Positions 17,306 through 28,149 of a stretch of 64,000 bases of DNA are shown in pieces. The translations under genes and the position numbers were made by a program. Below the pieces are notes generated by a model. It was given only the letters and a program-made list of their open reading frames with translations. It had not been told where the DNA came from and did no database searches. The DNA is from Coriobacteriia bacterium (GTDB taxonomy: Bacteria > Actinomycetota > Coriobacteriia > Coriobacteriales > QAMH01): assembly GCA_003149935.1 (NCBI GenBank), contig QAMH01000006.1, forward strand, positions 497,053 through 561,052, written 5' to 3'. Numbering within the stretch: position 1 is the stretch's first letter; each line of letters begins with the position of its first letter.

Positions 17306-19246
17306 CTAGAGACTCTGTGCCGCCTTGGATGCCTTGCGAGCCGACTTGATGAGGAATTCGCGATTGGTCTCGGTCGCCTTGAGCGACGAAACGAGCATCT
17401 TCATCGCGCGCTCGGTGTTGTTCATGTTGGCAAGCAGGCTGCGCACGCCCCAGATGAGGGGAGCCTCCTGCGGATCGATGAGCAGCTCCTCCTTGCGCGT
17501 ACCGGACGTGACCGGATCGATGGCGGGGAAAACGCGCTTATCTGCCAGAGCGCGGTCGAGCTTGAGCTCCATATTGCCCGTGCCCTTGAACTCCTCGAAA
17601 ATGACCTCATCCATCTTCGAGCCCGTGTCTACCAAGGCAGTGCCCAGAATGGTGAGCGAGCCACCGTCCTCGATGTTGCGAGCCGCGCCCAGGAACTTCT
17701 TGGGCGGGTACAGCGCCGTGGAATCGACACCACCGGAAAGAATGCGACCGGAAGCCGGCTGGCCGAGGTTGTACGCACGCGCCAGACGCGTGATGGAGTC
17801 GAGCAGAATGACGACATCCTGGCCGTTCTCGACAAGGCGCTTGGCACGCTCGATCACAAGCTCGGCCACGGCGATGTGGTTCTCGCAGGGCATGTCGAAG
17901 GTCGAGGAAATGACCTCGCCGTTGATGCTGCGCTCCATGTCGGTGACTTCCTCGGGGCGCTCGTCGACGAGCAGGCACATGAGGTGCACCTCGGGATTGT
18001 TGGCGCTGATGGCAGCCGCGATGTCCTTGAGGACGGTCGTCTTGCCTGCCTTGGGTGGCGAGACGATGAGGCCACGTTGACCCTTGCCGATGGGAGCAAC
18101 CAGGTCGATGGAACGTGCGGTGAGCGTGTCTTTGCCATGTTCCATGAAGAGGCGCTCGTCGGGATAGACAGGCGTGAGGTTCGCGAACTTCACGCGATGC
18201 GTGGGGCCCTCGAACGGCTCGTCGTTGAGGGTGACGATCGTGTTGAGTGCCGGATACTTCTCGTTCTCGCGCGGCGGGCGCACGCGACCGGTGATGTAGT
18301 CGCCCTTGCGCAGACCCTGGCGTCGCACGGTGCTCACGCCGACGTAGACGTCATGTTCGCCGGGCAGGTAGCCGTTGGTGCGGATGAAGCCGTAGCCATC
18401 GGGCAGCAAATCGAGTATGCCCTCGACCATGACGAAGCCCTCGGCCTGGAGGAGCGCATCGTAGACCGCGGATACGAGGTCGTCGCGCTCACCGTACTCG
18501 CTCGCGTCAACGCCGAGCTCGATGGCCTTGGCCGTGAGCGCGTCATCATCGAGCAACGCGAGCTCATCGCGCGTCGCCGACGGAACGATCTCCTTGCGCT
18601 GGTGGTTGTTGCGACTACGGCGATTGCGACGCCTATTGCGCTTGCCTTCGCGCTGCTCACCGGACTCAGCGTCATCAGCGCCTTCGGCGCTTGCCGCATC
18701 GGGCGTGGAGCCACCTTCGGCTTCGGAACCCGCCTGTGCAGGCGCGTCAGCCTTATCCTGGGACGCAGCCTCATCGCTCGCGGTTTCCGCATCGGCCGCC
18801 TTGGTATCTTCGGCTTTTGTGGCTTCAACAGGTTTATCCGTATCTTCAGTCTTCTCGACCTCGGCCTCAACGGGCTTCTCGGCATCCTCGGCCTTTTTGG
18901 ATGTCCTGCGCTTACGCACGGGCTTCTTCTCGGGTACAGCCTCGGGAGCCTCATCTGCAACCGGAAGCTCGGGCACGTCGACAAGAGAGAGCTGCTCCTC
19001 GGCAACGGGAGCTGCCGAGGCTTCCTCGGCTTTCTTCGCCGCGGTCTTACGCGTTGTCGTCTTGCGCGTCGTGGTCTTCTTGGCAGCCGTCGTTGTCTTC
19101 TTGGCTGCAGCCGCCGTCTTCTTGGCTGTAGCGCTCTTTGACGCCGTTGCCTTAGCCGCCGTCTTGGTAGCGGGCTTGCGCGTGGTCTTCTTTGCCGCAG
19201 GCTTCTCCTCGGTTGCCTCGGCGGGGACTACGGTCTCTTCACTCAT
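17306..19246 (-). CDS. rho: transcription termination factor Rho with a ~225-aa disordered N-terminal extension
   Basis: Rho_N helix bundle (DELALLDDDALTAKAIELGV), CSD (GILDLLPDGYGFIR), Walker A (SPPKAGKTTVLKDIA) and a conserved C-terminus. Preceded by a Lys/Thr/Ala-rich, then acidic, then Arg-rich low-complexity region. Confidence 0.97.
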   Translation of the reverse strand: MSEETVVPAEATEEKPAAKKTTRKPATKTAAKATASKSATAKKTAAAAKKTTTAAKKTTTRKTTTRKTAAKKAEEASAAPVAEEQLSLVDVPELPVADEAPEAVPEKKPVRKRRTSKKAEDAEKPVEAEVEKTEDTDKPVEATKAEDTKAADAETASDEAASQDKADAPAQAGSEAEGGSTPDAASAEGADDAESGEQREGKRNRRRNRRSRNNHQRKEIVPSATRDELALLDDDALTAKAIELGVDASEYGERDDLVSAVYDALLQAEGFVMVEGILDLLPDGYGFIRTNGYLPGEHDVYVGVSTVRRQGLRKGDYITGRVRPPRENEKYPALNTIVTLNDEPFEGPTHRVKFANLTPVYPDERLFMEHGKDTLTARSIDLVAPIGKGQRGLIVSPPKAGKTTVLKDIAAAISANNPEVHLMCLLVDERPEEVTDMERSINGEVISSTFDMPCENHIAVAELVIERAKRLVENGQDVVILLDSITRLARAYNLGQPASGRILSGGVDSTALYPPKKFLGAARNIEDGGSLTILGTALVDTGSKMDEVIFEEFKGTGNMELKLDRALADKRVFPAIDPVTSGTRKEELLIDPQEAPLIWGVRSLLANMNNTERAMKMLVSSLKATETNREFLIKSARKASKAAQSL

Positions 19247-19905
19247 GCGTTCTTAACCTTTTCCCAGTCGGCCTTGAACTTCTCGAGGCCCTGCTCGGTG
19301 AGCGGATGATAGATACATTGCTTCATCGCACCGTAGGGAACGGTCGCGATGTCTGCGCCCATAAGAGCTGCCTGCGTCACATGATTGGCGGAGCGCACAG
19401 ACGCGGCGATGATCTCGACCGGATGGCCGAAATCGTAGTTTTGGATAGCCGTCACGATATCATCAAGCTGGCCAAGGCCATCCTCGGCAATATCATCGAA
19501 GCGTCCGACGAAGGGACTAATGTAGCGTGCACCAGCGCGTGCGGCAAGCAGAGCCTGGGGCACGGTGAACACGAGCGTCATGTTAACGTCGATGCCCTCC
19601 TCGGCAAGCACGCGCGTTGCAGCAAGACCCTCGACGCAGACGGGAATCTTGACAACCATGTTATCGGCAAGCGCCGCAAGCGTGCGGCCCTGTTCGATCA
19701 TGCCATCGCGATCCTCGGCGGTGACCTCGCCACTCACGGGACCATCGACAAGCTTGCAAATCTTGACAAGGTGGTTCTCGAAGTCCTCAAGCTTGCCACC
19801 AATACGGGCATAGAGGCTCGGGTTGGTGGTGACACCGGCGAGGGCTCCCCACGATGCAACCTCTTCGATTTCGGACAGGTCGGCAGTATCCAGGAAAAAC
19901 TTCAC
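19243..19905 (-). CDS. tal: short-type transaldolase / fructose-6-phosphate aldolase
   Basis: KFFLDTADLSEIEE and GVTTNPSL motifs. Start assigned to GTG 19905 because GAAGGAG lies 5 nt upstream; ATG 19923 has no SD. The stop overlaps the rho start (ATGA). Confidence 0.92.
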   Translation of the reverse strand: MKFFLDTADLSEIEEVASWGALAGVTTNPSLYARIGGKLEDFENHLVKICKLVDGPVSGEVTAEDRDGMIEQGRTLAALADNMVVKIPVCVEGLAATRVLAEEGIDVNMTLVFTVPQALLAARAGARYISPFVGRFDDIAEDGLGQLDDIVTAIQNYDFGHPVEIIAASVRSANHVTQAALMGADIATVPYGAMKQCIYHPLTEQGLEKFKADWEKVKNA

Positions 19906-20137
19906 TGTGGCTCCTTCGTACATTGATTGTCTTCACCGTTCGTGAACCTGAGCAGGGGTATGCAAGGAACGAAATTTCAAACGGGGATTGACTGTGAAAA
20001 GGAAAGTCGAGACGCTTGCCGCGCCTTTTGACTGTGCCACTATAGCATGACCTGAAAACCGCTACAATACACCTGTTTAGATAGCCAAGGTACTAATCAG
20101 CGAGTGTCTTTCGCACGCGTCCCAATGGGAGATGTAC

Positions 20138-20914
20138 ATGTCCATACCTCGTTTTTTCATGGAAGGCGAATTGCCCGAAGGCGATATCGTCACCCTCCCC
20201 TTCTCCGATAAGGAGCTCCATCACCTCACCGTACGCCGCATCAAGGAGGGCGAGCACATCGCCGCTGTCGCCGCTGGCGGCAAGTGCTGGGAGGTCGAAA
20301 TCGTCACGATTGACGAGTTCGAGGTAACGGGTCGCTGCATCCAAAACATGCCGCTCGAGAAATTGCCCGACCTTACGCTCGTGCAGGGCATCTCCAAGGG
20401 CGACCGCATGGGACAGACCATCCGTCAGACAACTGAGCTCGGCATCGGTCGCATCATCCCCTTCCTCTCCGCATGCACAGTCGTGCGTCTCGCGCTTGAC
20501 GAGCGCGGTCGCAAGGGGGATCGCTGGCGCCGCATCGCGCTTTCCGCTGCCAAGCAGTCGGGGCGCAACATCCTGCCCATCGTCGACGACCCGACGGGCC
20601 TCGATGATATCTGCCGCGAGCTCATGGACTACGATCGCGTCGTCATTGCCTGGGAGGAAGCCGACAAGCGTGCTGACGGCACACCATTGTCTGTCACCGA
20701 TGCGCTCGAAGGCTGCGACATCGATAGCCATGTCGCGCTCGTCATCGGTCCCGAAGGCGGTCTTACCGCCGAGGAGGTCGAGGCGATCAAGGCTCTGGGA
20801 AGCTTTGTCAAAATCGTCTCGCTTGGCGAGCTTATCTTGCGCACCGAGACTGCCGGTACCGTTGCCACAGCCCTATGCATGTACACGCTCGGTGGCCTCG
20901 GCAACCATCGCTAG
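20138..20914 (+). CDS. rsmE: 16S rRNA (uracil1498-N3)-methyltransferase
   Basis: MSIPRFFMEG... N-terminus and C-terminal SPOUT motif (LVIGPEGGLTAEE, LGELILRTETA). Start at the second ATG (20138), 6 nt after GGGAG. Confidence 0.9.
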   Translation: MSIPRFFMEGELPEGDIVTLPFSDKELHHLTVRRIKEGEHIAAVAAGGKCWEVEIVTIDEFEVTGRCIQNMPLEKLPDLTLVQGISKGDRMGQTIRQTTELGIGRIIPFLSACTVVRLALDERGRKGDRWRRIALSAAKQSGRNILPIVDDPTGLDDICRELMDYDRVVIAWEEADKRADGTPLSVTDALEGCDIDSHVALVIGPEGGLTAEEVEAIKALGSFVKIVSLGELILRTETAGTVATALCMYTLGGLGNHR

Positions 20915-20950
20915 AGACATCAGCACCATACCAAGAACGCGAGGGCTCCC

Positions 20951-22204
20951 ATTCCGCGCTTTCACATCCATACCCTGGGCTGCAAGGTCAATCAGGCCGA
21001 GTCCGAGACCATAGCCGCCGCGTTGTTGAGCGCTGGATGGACGCGCGCCGAAACCGCCGATACAAGTGACGTCAACATTCTCAATACCTGCACGGTCACG
21101 GGCGAGGCGGATACCAAGAACCGCAAGGCAATTCGCTCGTTACTTCGCGCAGGAGACATGCCGCTCATCGTGACGGGATGTGCCATCAACATCGATGACA
21201 ATGCATATGGTGGAATCGACGCCCGCATAAGCTGTGAGGCGGACAAGTGCAAGGTGCCGAGCCTTGCGGCACGTCTTCTTGGTAACGCAGAGCCCTCTCG
21301 TCTCGACGAGCTCGAGCATATCGAGCTTCGAGCTCATGGCAGCTACGGTTTCAGGACGCGTGTCGACCTCAAAATTCAGGATGGCTGCGATAATGCGTGC
21401 AGCTATTGCATCGTCCACATTGCTCGTGGGCCAGCGCGCTCGATACCTGCAGCCACGGTGCTCCATCAGGCTCAAGAACTTGCCAACAGAGGCGTGCGCG
21501 AGCTGGTACTCGTTGGCATCGACCTCGCCGCATACGCCGACGGTGACACTGACCTCGCACGTCTGAGCTCGCTGCTCCTCACGCAAAGCACGATAGGACG
21601 CGTCCGCATATCCTCGGTCGAGCCCCAGAGCGTTACGTCTTCGCTCGTCAATGTGCTGGCGCGCTCCGACGGGCGTCTCTGCCGCCACCTGCACCTTTGC
21701 TTGCAGTCAGGCTCCTCCAAGGTGCTGCGCGAGATGAACCGCCACTATGACGCTGATGCATTTGCATCACTTGTCACGCAGCTACGTACTGCAATACCGC
21801 AGTGCGCCCTCTCAACCGACGTCATCGTCGGTTTTCCCGGCGAAAGCGATGAGGACTTCGAGCAGACATGCGAGCTTGTCGAGAACTGCGGCTTCATGCG
21901 ATTGCATGTCTTTCGTTACTCGAAGCGTCCGGGCACACCAGCAGCCGCGCGCATCGACCAGATTGACGCCCGCGTGAAGGCCATGCGCTCCCAGAAGCTC
22001 ATCGAACTTGGCCAGCGCCTTGCGCTCGCAGACATGGAGCGTCGCATAGGCACGAATGAGAAGGTGATTATCGAGCGACCAGGAATCGGCACGAGCGAGT
22101 CCTACCACACCGTGGCCTGTGACCCGAGCTTGCCCGTCGGAGAACTCGTCCCCCTCACGTTTACCGACATCGACATCGCGAAAAAGCGCTTCGTTGCACA
22201 ATAG
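20951..22204 (+). CDS. mtaB: radical-SAM methylthiotransferase, MtaB-like (tRNA ms2t6A); start codon non-canonical
   Basis: Radical-SAM CDNACSYCIV (CX3CX2C) and a TRAM-like C-terminus. The conserved N-terminal MTTase motif HTLGCKVNQAES lies upstream of the first canonical start (TTG 21023). The frame is open from 20915. ATT at 20951 has GAGGG 5 nt upstream and gives a normal-length N-terminus. Confidence 0.85.
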   Translation: MPRFHIHTLGCKVNQAESETIAAALLSAGWTRAETADTSDVNILNTCTVTGEADTKNRKAIRSLLRAGDMPLIVTGCAINIDDNAYGGIDARISCEADKCKVPSLAARLLGNAEPSRLDELEHIELRAHGSYGFRTRVDLKIQDGCDNACSYCIVHIARGPARSIPAATVLHQAQELANRGVRELVLVGIDLAAYADGDTDLARLSSLLLTQSTIGRVRISSVEPQSVTSSLVNVLARSDGRLCRHLHLCLQSGSSKVLREMNRHYDADAFASLVTQLRTAIPQCALSTDVIVGFPGESDEDFEQTCELVENCGFMRLHVFRYSKRPGTPAAARIDQIDARVKAMRSQKLIELGQRLALADMERRIGTNEKVIIERPGIGTSESYHTVACDPSLPVGELVPLTFTDIDIAKKRFVAQ

Positions 22205-22244
22205 CGTGCGCAAGCAAGCCATCGCAAATCCACACGCAAACGCA

Positions 22245-22269
22245 AGAGGGGCCGCCCATGGCGGCCCCT
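22245..22269. terminator. GC-rich hairpin in the convergent mtaB/atpC spacer
   Basis: GAGGGGCCGCC-atg-GGCGGCCCCTC, a perfect 11-bp stem. Only a modest T-rich stretch follows on the minus strand (TTGCGTTTGCG). Confidence 0.6.
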
Positions 22270-22297
22270 CGCATAAGTGGAAACTTGCTCGCTGGCA

Positions 22298-22696
22298 CTA
22301 CTTGGTTTGCTCGAGAAGAACCTGGTTCCACTTGACCTCGTCTTCGATGAACGCACGATTAGGATCGTCATCCTTAAGGTCGGCCATCTTCTCCTTGAGG
22401 TCGTCAATATGGACCTTGATGGCAGTCTCGTCGAGCTCTTGCAGGGCGGCCGCGTGATCGGCGAGCACGATGACGCGATTCGCCTCAATCTGTGCATATC
22501 CACCGGCCACAATGTAGCGTACGGGCTCCTGACCCTCTGTCTCGGTCACGCGCACGGTACCGGCCTTGAGCGTAGTCACGACGGGCTCGTGCTTGGAGTA
22601 GATGCCCATCTCGCCCTCGGAAGCGGGTATTACCACGAAATTGACTTCGTCGGAATACAGTTTGCTTTCGGGAGTGACGATTTCACATTGCAGCAT
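22298..22696 (-). CDS. atpC: F1 ATP synthase epsilon subunit
   Basis: 132 aa, last gene of the atp operon, typical epsilon N-terminal beta-sandwich sequence. Confidence 0.93.
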   Translation of the reverse strand: MLQCEIVTPESKLYSDEVNFVVIPASEGEMGIYSKHEPVVTTLKAGTVRVTETEGQEPVRYIVAGGYAQIEANRVIVLADHAAALQELDETAIKVHIDDLKEKMADLKDDDPNRAFIEDEVKWNQVLLEQTK

Positions 22697-22716
22697 GGTT
22701 TGATTGCACCCTTTCT

Positions 22717-24147
<1,431 letters not shown>

Positions 24148-25038
24148 CTAATCCTCCAAAGCGGCAGCGCCACCGACGATTTCGGTAATCTCAGTGGTGA
24201 TGGCACCTTGGCGCACGCGGTTGTACAGACGATCCAGCGTCTCGATCATCTCGGTCGCGTTGTCGGTCGCGGACTTCATCGCCTTGCGGCGAGCGCCCTG
24301 CTCGGCAGCGGCTGAATCGATAAGCGCGTGATAGACCACCGTCTCGACATAGGCCGGGAGGAGGCGGTCAAGTACTTCTTCTGACGAAGGCTCGAAGCTC
24401 GTGTCGGCAGCGATTTCCGCCTCGCCGTTTTCGTCTTCGTTTGCCTTCAGCGCATCGGCCTGGACAGGCAGGATGACCTCTTGGCGCAAGTCCTGATCAG
24501 CGGCGTTGCGGGCGTGATTGTAGAAAATCACGACCTCGTCGACCGCATGGTCGAGAAAACTGCTGCGCACGTACGAGGAAATCTCGCGTGCCTCCTGAAG
24601 CGTGGGATCCGCGGACATGTCACGAAACACCATGAGTGGTTCGAGCCTGCGGTAGTGGAAGTAGCTTGCGCCCTTCTTACCGCAGACTATGACATTGGTC
24701 TTGATGCCGGCAGCGGTGTTATCCGCACGGTACTTGTCAACCATGCGAAAGACGTTGCTGTTGAAACCACCGGCAAGTCCGCGATCGGAAACCACGACGA
24801 TTGCAATCGCGTTCTTCTTTTCCGGATGCTCCTCCAGGAGTGGATGCTCAACGGAAAGCGAATGAGCAGCCACACCGGAAAGAGTCTTGACCATGGCTTC
24901 GGAATACGGGGTAGCCGCGGCGATGCGCTCAGTCGCATGGCGAATCTTGGCAGTGGCGACCATTTCCATGGTGCGCGTAATCTGCTTCGTGCTCTCGACC
25001 GAGAGCTTACGCCTCTTGATATCGCGTTGACTGGGCAT
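24148..25038 (-). CDS. atpG: F1 ATP synthase gamma subunit
   Basis: 296 aa with N-terminus IKRRKLSVESTKQITRTMEMVATAKIRHA and C-terminus ITTEITEIVGGA. Confidence 0.96.
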   Translation of the reverse strand: MPSQRDIKRRKLSVESTKQITRTMEMVATAKIRHATERIAAATPYSEAMVKTLSGVAAHSLSVEHPLLEEHPEKKNAIAIVVVSDRGLAGGFNSNVFRMVDKYRADNTAAGIKTNVIVCGKKGASYFHYRRLEPLMVFRDMSADPTLQEAREISSYVRSSFLDHAVDEVVIFYNHARNAADQDLRQEVILPVQADALKANEDENGEAEIAADTSFEPSSEEVLDRLLPAYVETVVYHALIDSAAAEQGARRKAMKSATDNATEMIETLDRLYNRVRQGAITTEITEIVGGAAALED

Positions 25039-25048
25039 GCGCTAACCT

Positions 25049-26617
25049 CTATTTCTTCGCAATGATGAAGCTCTGCTTGAAGGTCGTGATGGCCTCGAGG
25101 AGCTCCTCTTTGATCTGATCGGTCAGCTGCTTCTCGGTCGCGATCTTATCCTTGAGGTCCTTGCGAACCGTGTGCATGTACTGCACGAGATCATCGCGGA
25201 AGCGCAGCGTGTCGGAGACGGGCATGCCATCGAGGAAGCCCTGATCGCCAGCGAAAATCGCGACAACCTGGTCCTCGACGTCCATGGCAGCGTAACGGCC
25301 CTGCTTGAGAAGCTCGGTCATGCGAGCACCACGGGAGAGCTGCTGCTGCGTCGCCTTGTCCAAGTCGCTACCGAACTGCGAGAACGCCTGCAGCTCGCGG
25401 TATGCGGCGAGGTCAAGACGCAGCGTACCGGCAACCTGCTTCATTGCCTTGATCTGCGCGGAACCGCCGACGCGGGAAACCGAGATACCGACGTTGACGG
25501 CCGGGCGCTGGCCCTGCATGAACAGGTCCTGCTGCAGGAAGATCTGGCCATCGGTAATGGAGATGACGTTGGTCGGAATGTATGCCGAGACGTCACCGCC
25601 CTGGGTTTCGATGATCGGCAGCGCCGTAAGCGAACCGGCACCGTTCTTGTCGTTGAGCTTGACGGCGCGCTCCAGCAGACGGGAGTGCAGGTAGAAAACG
25701 TCGCCGGGGTAAGCCTCGCGTCCCGGCGGACGGCGCAGCGTCAGCGACATCTGGCGATATGCGACGGCCTGCTTGGAAAGGTCGTCGTAGACACAGAGCA
25801 CGTGACGGCCAGGGTTGGTGGCGCTTGCGGGCTGGCCATCCTCGCCGTTGTACATGAAGTACTCGCCCATTGCGGCACCCGCCATGGGAGCGATGTACTG
25901 CAGCGGTGCGGACGTGGATGCGGGAGCGGAGACGATGATCGTGTAATCCAGGGCACCATGGCTCTCGAGGGCCTCGACCACGGTCGCGACCGTGGAGGCC
26001 TTCTGGCCGATGGCGACATAGATGCAGATCATGCCCTTGCCCTTTTGGTTGATGATCGTGTCGATGCCGATGGACGTCTTGCCCGTCTGGCGATCGCCAA
26101 TGATCAGCTCGCGCTGGCCGCGTCCGATGGGGATCATCGCGTCAATGGCGATGAGACCGGTCTGGACGGGCTCGTGGACGGGCTGGCGCTCGATGACGCC
26201 CGGGGCGCGGAACTCGACGGGGCGATAGCCCTCGGCCTCGATGGGGCCCTTGCCGTCCAGCGGAATGCCAAGCGGGTTCACGACGCGGCCGAGCAGGCTC
26301 TTGCCGCAGGGAACCTCGACGACGCGGCCCGTGGTGTGGACCTCGTCGTTCTCCTTGATCAAGGTGTAGTCGCCCAGGAGAACGGCGCCTACTTCGTCTT
26401 CTTCAAGGTTCTGGGCGAGACCATAGACAGTCGTGCCGTCATGGGCGACGAACTCGAGGAGCTCGCCGGCCATTGCGCTTTTCAGACCGTTGACGCGCGC
26501 AATGCCGTCGCCAATCTGAATGACATGACCAAACTCACGAGTCTCGACGCTGGTCTGCAGAGAAGCAAGCTTCTCACGCAGAATCTGATCGATGTCGCTC
26601 GCGGTGATTTCCGCCAT
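25049..26617 (-). CDS. atpA: F1 ATP synthase alpha subunit
   Basis: Walker [11 protein letters not shown], 522 aa. Confidence 0.98.
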   Translation of the reverse strand: MAEITASDIDQILREKLASLQTSVETREFGHVIQIGDGIARVNGLKSAMAGELLEFVAHDGTTVYGLAQNLEEDEVGAVLLGDYTLIKENDEVHTTGRVVEVPCGKSLLGRVVNPLGIPLDGKGPIEAEGYRPVEFRAPGVIERQPVHEPVQTGLIAIDAMIPIGRGQRELIIGDRQTGKTSIGIDTIINQKGKGMICIYVAIGQKASTVATVVEALESHGALDYTIIVSAPASTSAPLQYIAPMAGAAMGEYFMYNGEDGQPASATNPGRHVLCVYDDLSKQAVAYRQMSLTLRRPPGREAYPGDVFYLHSRLLERAVKLNDKNGAGSLTALPIIETQGGDVSAYIPTNVISITDGQIFLQQDLFMQGQRPAVNVGISVSRVGGSAQIKAMKQVAGTLRLDLAAYRELQAFSQFGSDLDKATQQQLSRGARMTELLKQGRYAAMDVEDQVVAIFAGDQGFLDGMPVSDTLRFRDDLVQYMHTVRKDLKDKIATEKQLTDQIKEELLEAITTFKQSFIIAKK

Positions 26618-27187
26618 TTACCTTTCACCTCCAGTCATTGCTGAAGAGAGCTCGGCACGGACCATCTCGATCCGCGTAGCAGTGCAACAATCGACACGCC
26701 TTCCATTTGCTCTCACGTTCGTACCGCCAAGCAGCCAGGCATCGACATGCTCGCGCAGGACGATTTCCTTGCCAAATTGGGCGGAAAATTTACTTTTAAA
26801 CTTCTCTCGCAGCTCGTCGTCAAGCGGGATGACGGTCGCGACGTCGACAATGACGACATCGTACTTGTCCTGCACCATATTGTCGTAGCGCTCGGCCACA
26901 CGGGGAAGAAGCGTGATGTCATGGCGCGAGGCCATGAAGATGACGAACTGGATGAGCTCGATATCAAACTCCTTGAAAACCTCGTGCATGACCGTCGCAC
27001 GCGTATTCTCGTCGATGGAGTCGTTCGCAAGCACTTCCCTAAGACCGGGATGCATGTTGACGACCTTCTTCATCTCCTCGAGCTGTGCGGAAATCGAGTA
27101 CACGTCGTTTTTGGACTCGCCAAGTTCGAGCAAGACCTCGGCGTACGCTTCGATTTCCTTCTTGATGAGCAGGCGATTCTTAGGCAT
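26618..27187 (-). CDS. atpH: F1 ATP synthase delta (OSCP) subunit
   Basis: 189 aa between atpF and atpA, helical OSCP-like sequence. Confidence 0.9.
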   Translation of the reverse strand: MPKNRLLIKKEIEAYAEVLLELGESKNDVYSISAQLEEMKKVVNMHPGLREVLANDSIDENTRATVMHEVFKEFDIELIQFVIFMASRHDITLLPRVAERYDNMVQDKYDVVIVDVATVIPLDDELREKFKSKFSAQFGKEIVLREHVDAWLLGGTNVRANGRRVDCCTATRIEMVRAELSSAMTGGER

Positions 27188-27821
27188 TGAGCGTACCTAT
27201 CTCTTCGATGCTCTTCTCGATGAGCCTGCGATGATCCGCATCGGTGAAGTCCTCCTGCACGACGCGTGTCATGGCAGCACATGCGATGTCAGCGACGGAT
27301 GCCTGAAGCTCGGCGATGGCGGCGTTCTTCTCGGCCTGCATCGCCTCGCGAGACTTGGCGATGATCTTCTCGGCTTCCTCCTGGGCCTTGGCAGTGGTGG
27401 CAGCGCGTTGCGCCTCAGCCTGCTGCTTGGCCTCGGAGATGATCGTAGCCGCTTCCTGACGGGCCTCGATGAGCTTGTCCTGGTACTCGGCAAGCACACG
27501 CTCGGCCTCGATACGAGCTTGCTCGGACTTCTCGAGTGCTTCGCGAATGGTGGTTTCGCGCTTCTCGAGAATGCCGTTGAACATGGGCCATCCGAACTTG
27601 GCGAGAATCGCAAGCAGGATGAGGAAGGCGACGAGCATCGGGATGAATTCATCCATTGCCGGCAGAATCGCCGAAATGCCCGCGGTCTCCTTCTCGGCCG
27701 CAAATGCAAGCGTGGGGGCTGCGAAAGCCATGGCACTCGCGAGCGCGCATGCGGCAGTGCCGCGAGTGGCAATTTTCTTGACTTGTGCTTTCACTGATCC
27801 CTCCCTAGGCATTGTTTCCAA
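27180..27821 (-). CDS. atpF: Fo ATP synthase subunit b with an extra signal-peptide-like N-terminal segment
   Basis: TM (FIPMLVAFLILLAILAKFGWPMF) followed by a long Ala/Glu/Lys-rich helix typical of subunit b. It is preceded by about 45 aa containing a second hydrophobic stretch ending AFAAE. Confidence 0.9.
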   Translation of the reverse strand: METMPREGSVKAQVKKIATRGTAACALASAMAFAAPTLAFAAEKETAGISAILPAMDEFIPMLVAFLILLAILAKFGWPMFNGILEKRETTIREALEKSEQARIEAERVLAEYQDKLIEARQEAATIISEAKQQAEAQRAATTAKAQEEAEKIIAKSREAMQAEKNAAIAELQASVADIACAAMTRVVQEDFTDADHRRLIEKSIEEIGTLNA

Positions 27822-27836
27822 CGTAACGAAACCTGA

Positions 27837-28055
27837 CTAGGCAAGGAAGAAGAGCACGAAGCCGATGAGTGCAAGGGCCTCTGCAAGTGCCGCACCAATG
27901 ATGAAGTTGGTGAAGAGGCGACCTGCGAGCTCGGGCTGACGGGCGGAGCCGACGCAGCAGCCGTAGCAAGCAATACCGATGCCGATGCCTGGGCCGATGG
28001 CGCCAAGACCGTAGCCGACAACCTTGAGGGCGGCGATGATGAGGGTAGTTTCCAC
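27837..28055 (-). CDS. atpE: Fo ATP synthase subunit c
   Basis: 72-aa hairpin proteolipid with an ARQPE loop and the carboxylate helix GAALAEALALIGFV. Confidence 0.96.
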   Translation of the reverse strand: METTLIIAALKVVGYGLGAIGPGIGIGIACYGCCVGSARQPELAGRLFTNFIIGAALAEALALIGFVLFFLA

Positions 28056-28149
28056 TTGTTCCTCCTTAAGTGACGACCTGCACGGCCTTCTCCGTGCAAG
28101 CCTAACTTCCTATGAACCAGTCGGGCACGGTACCCGACCGAGAACCAAA

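Noticed and set aside
20912-20914. In-frame TAG between rsmE and mtaB as a pyrrolysine or programmed recoding site
   Set aside because: No pyl genes or recoding signals are visible in the window. An SD-preceded ATT 36 nt downstream is a simpler explanation. Read-through is kept only as an alternative within the finding.
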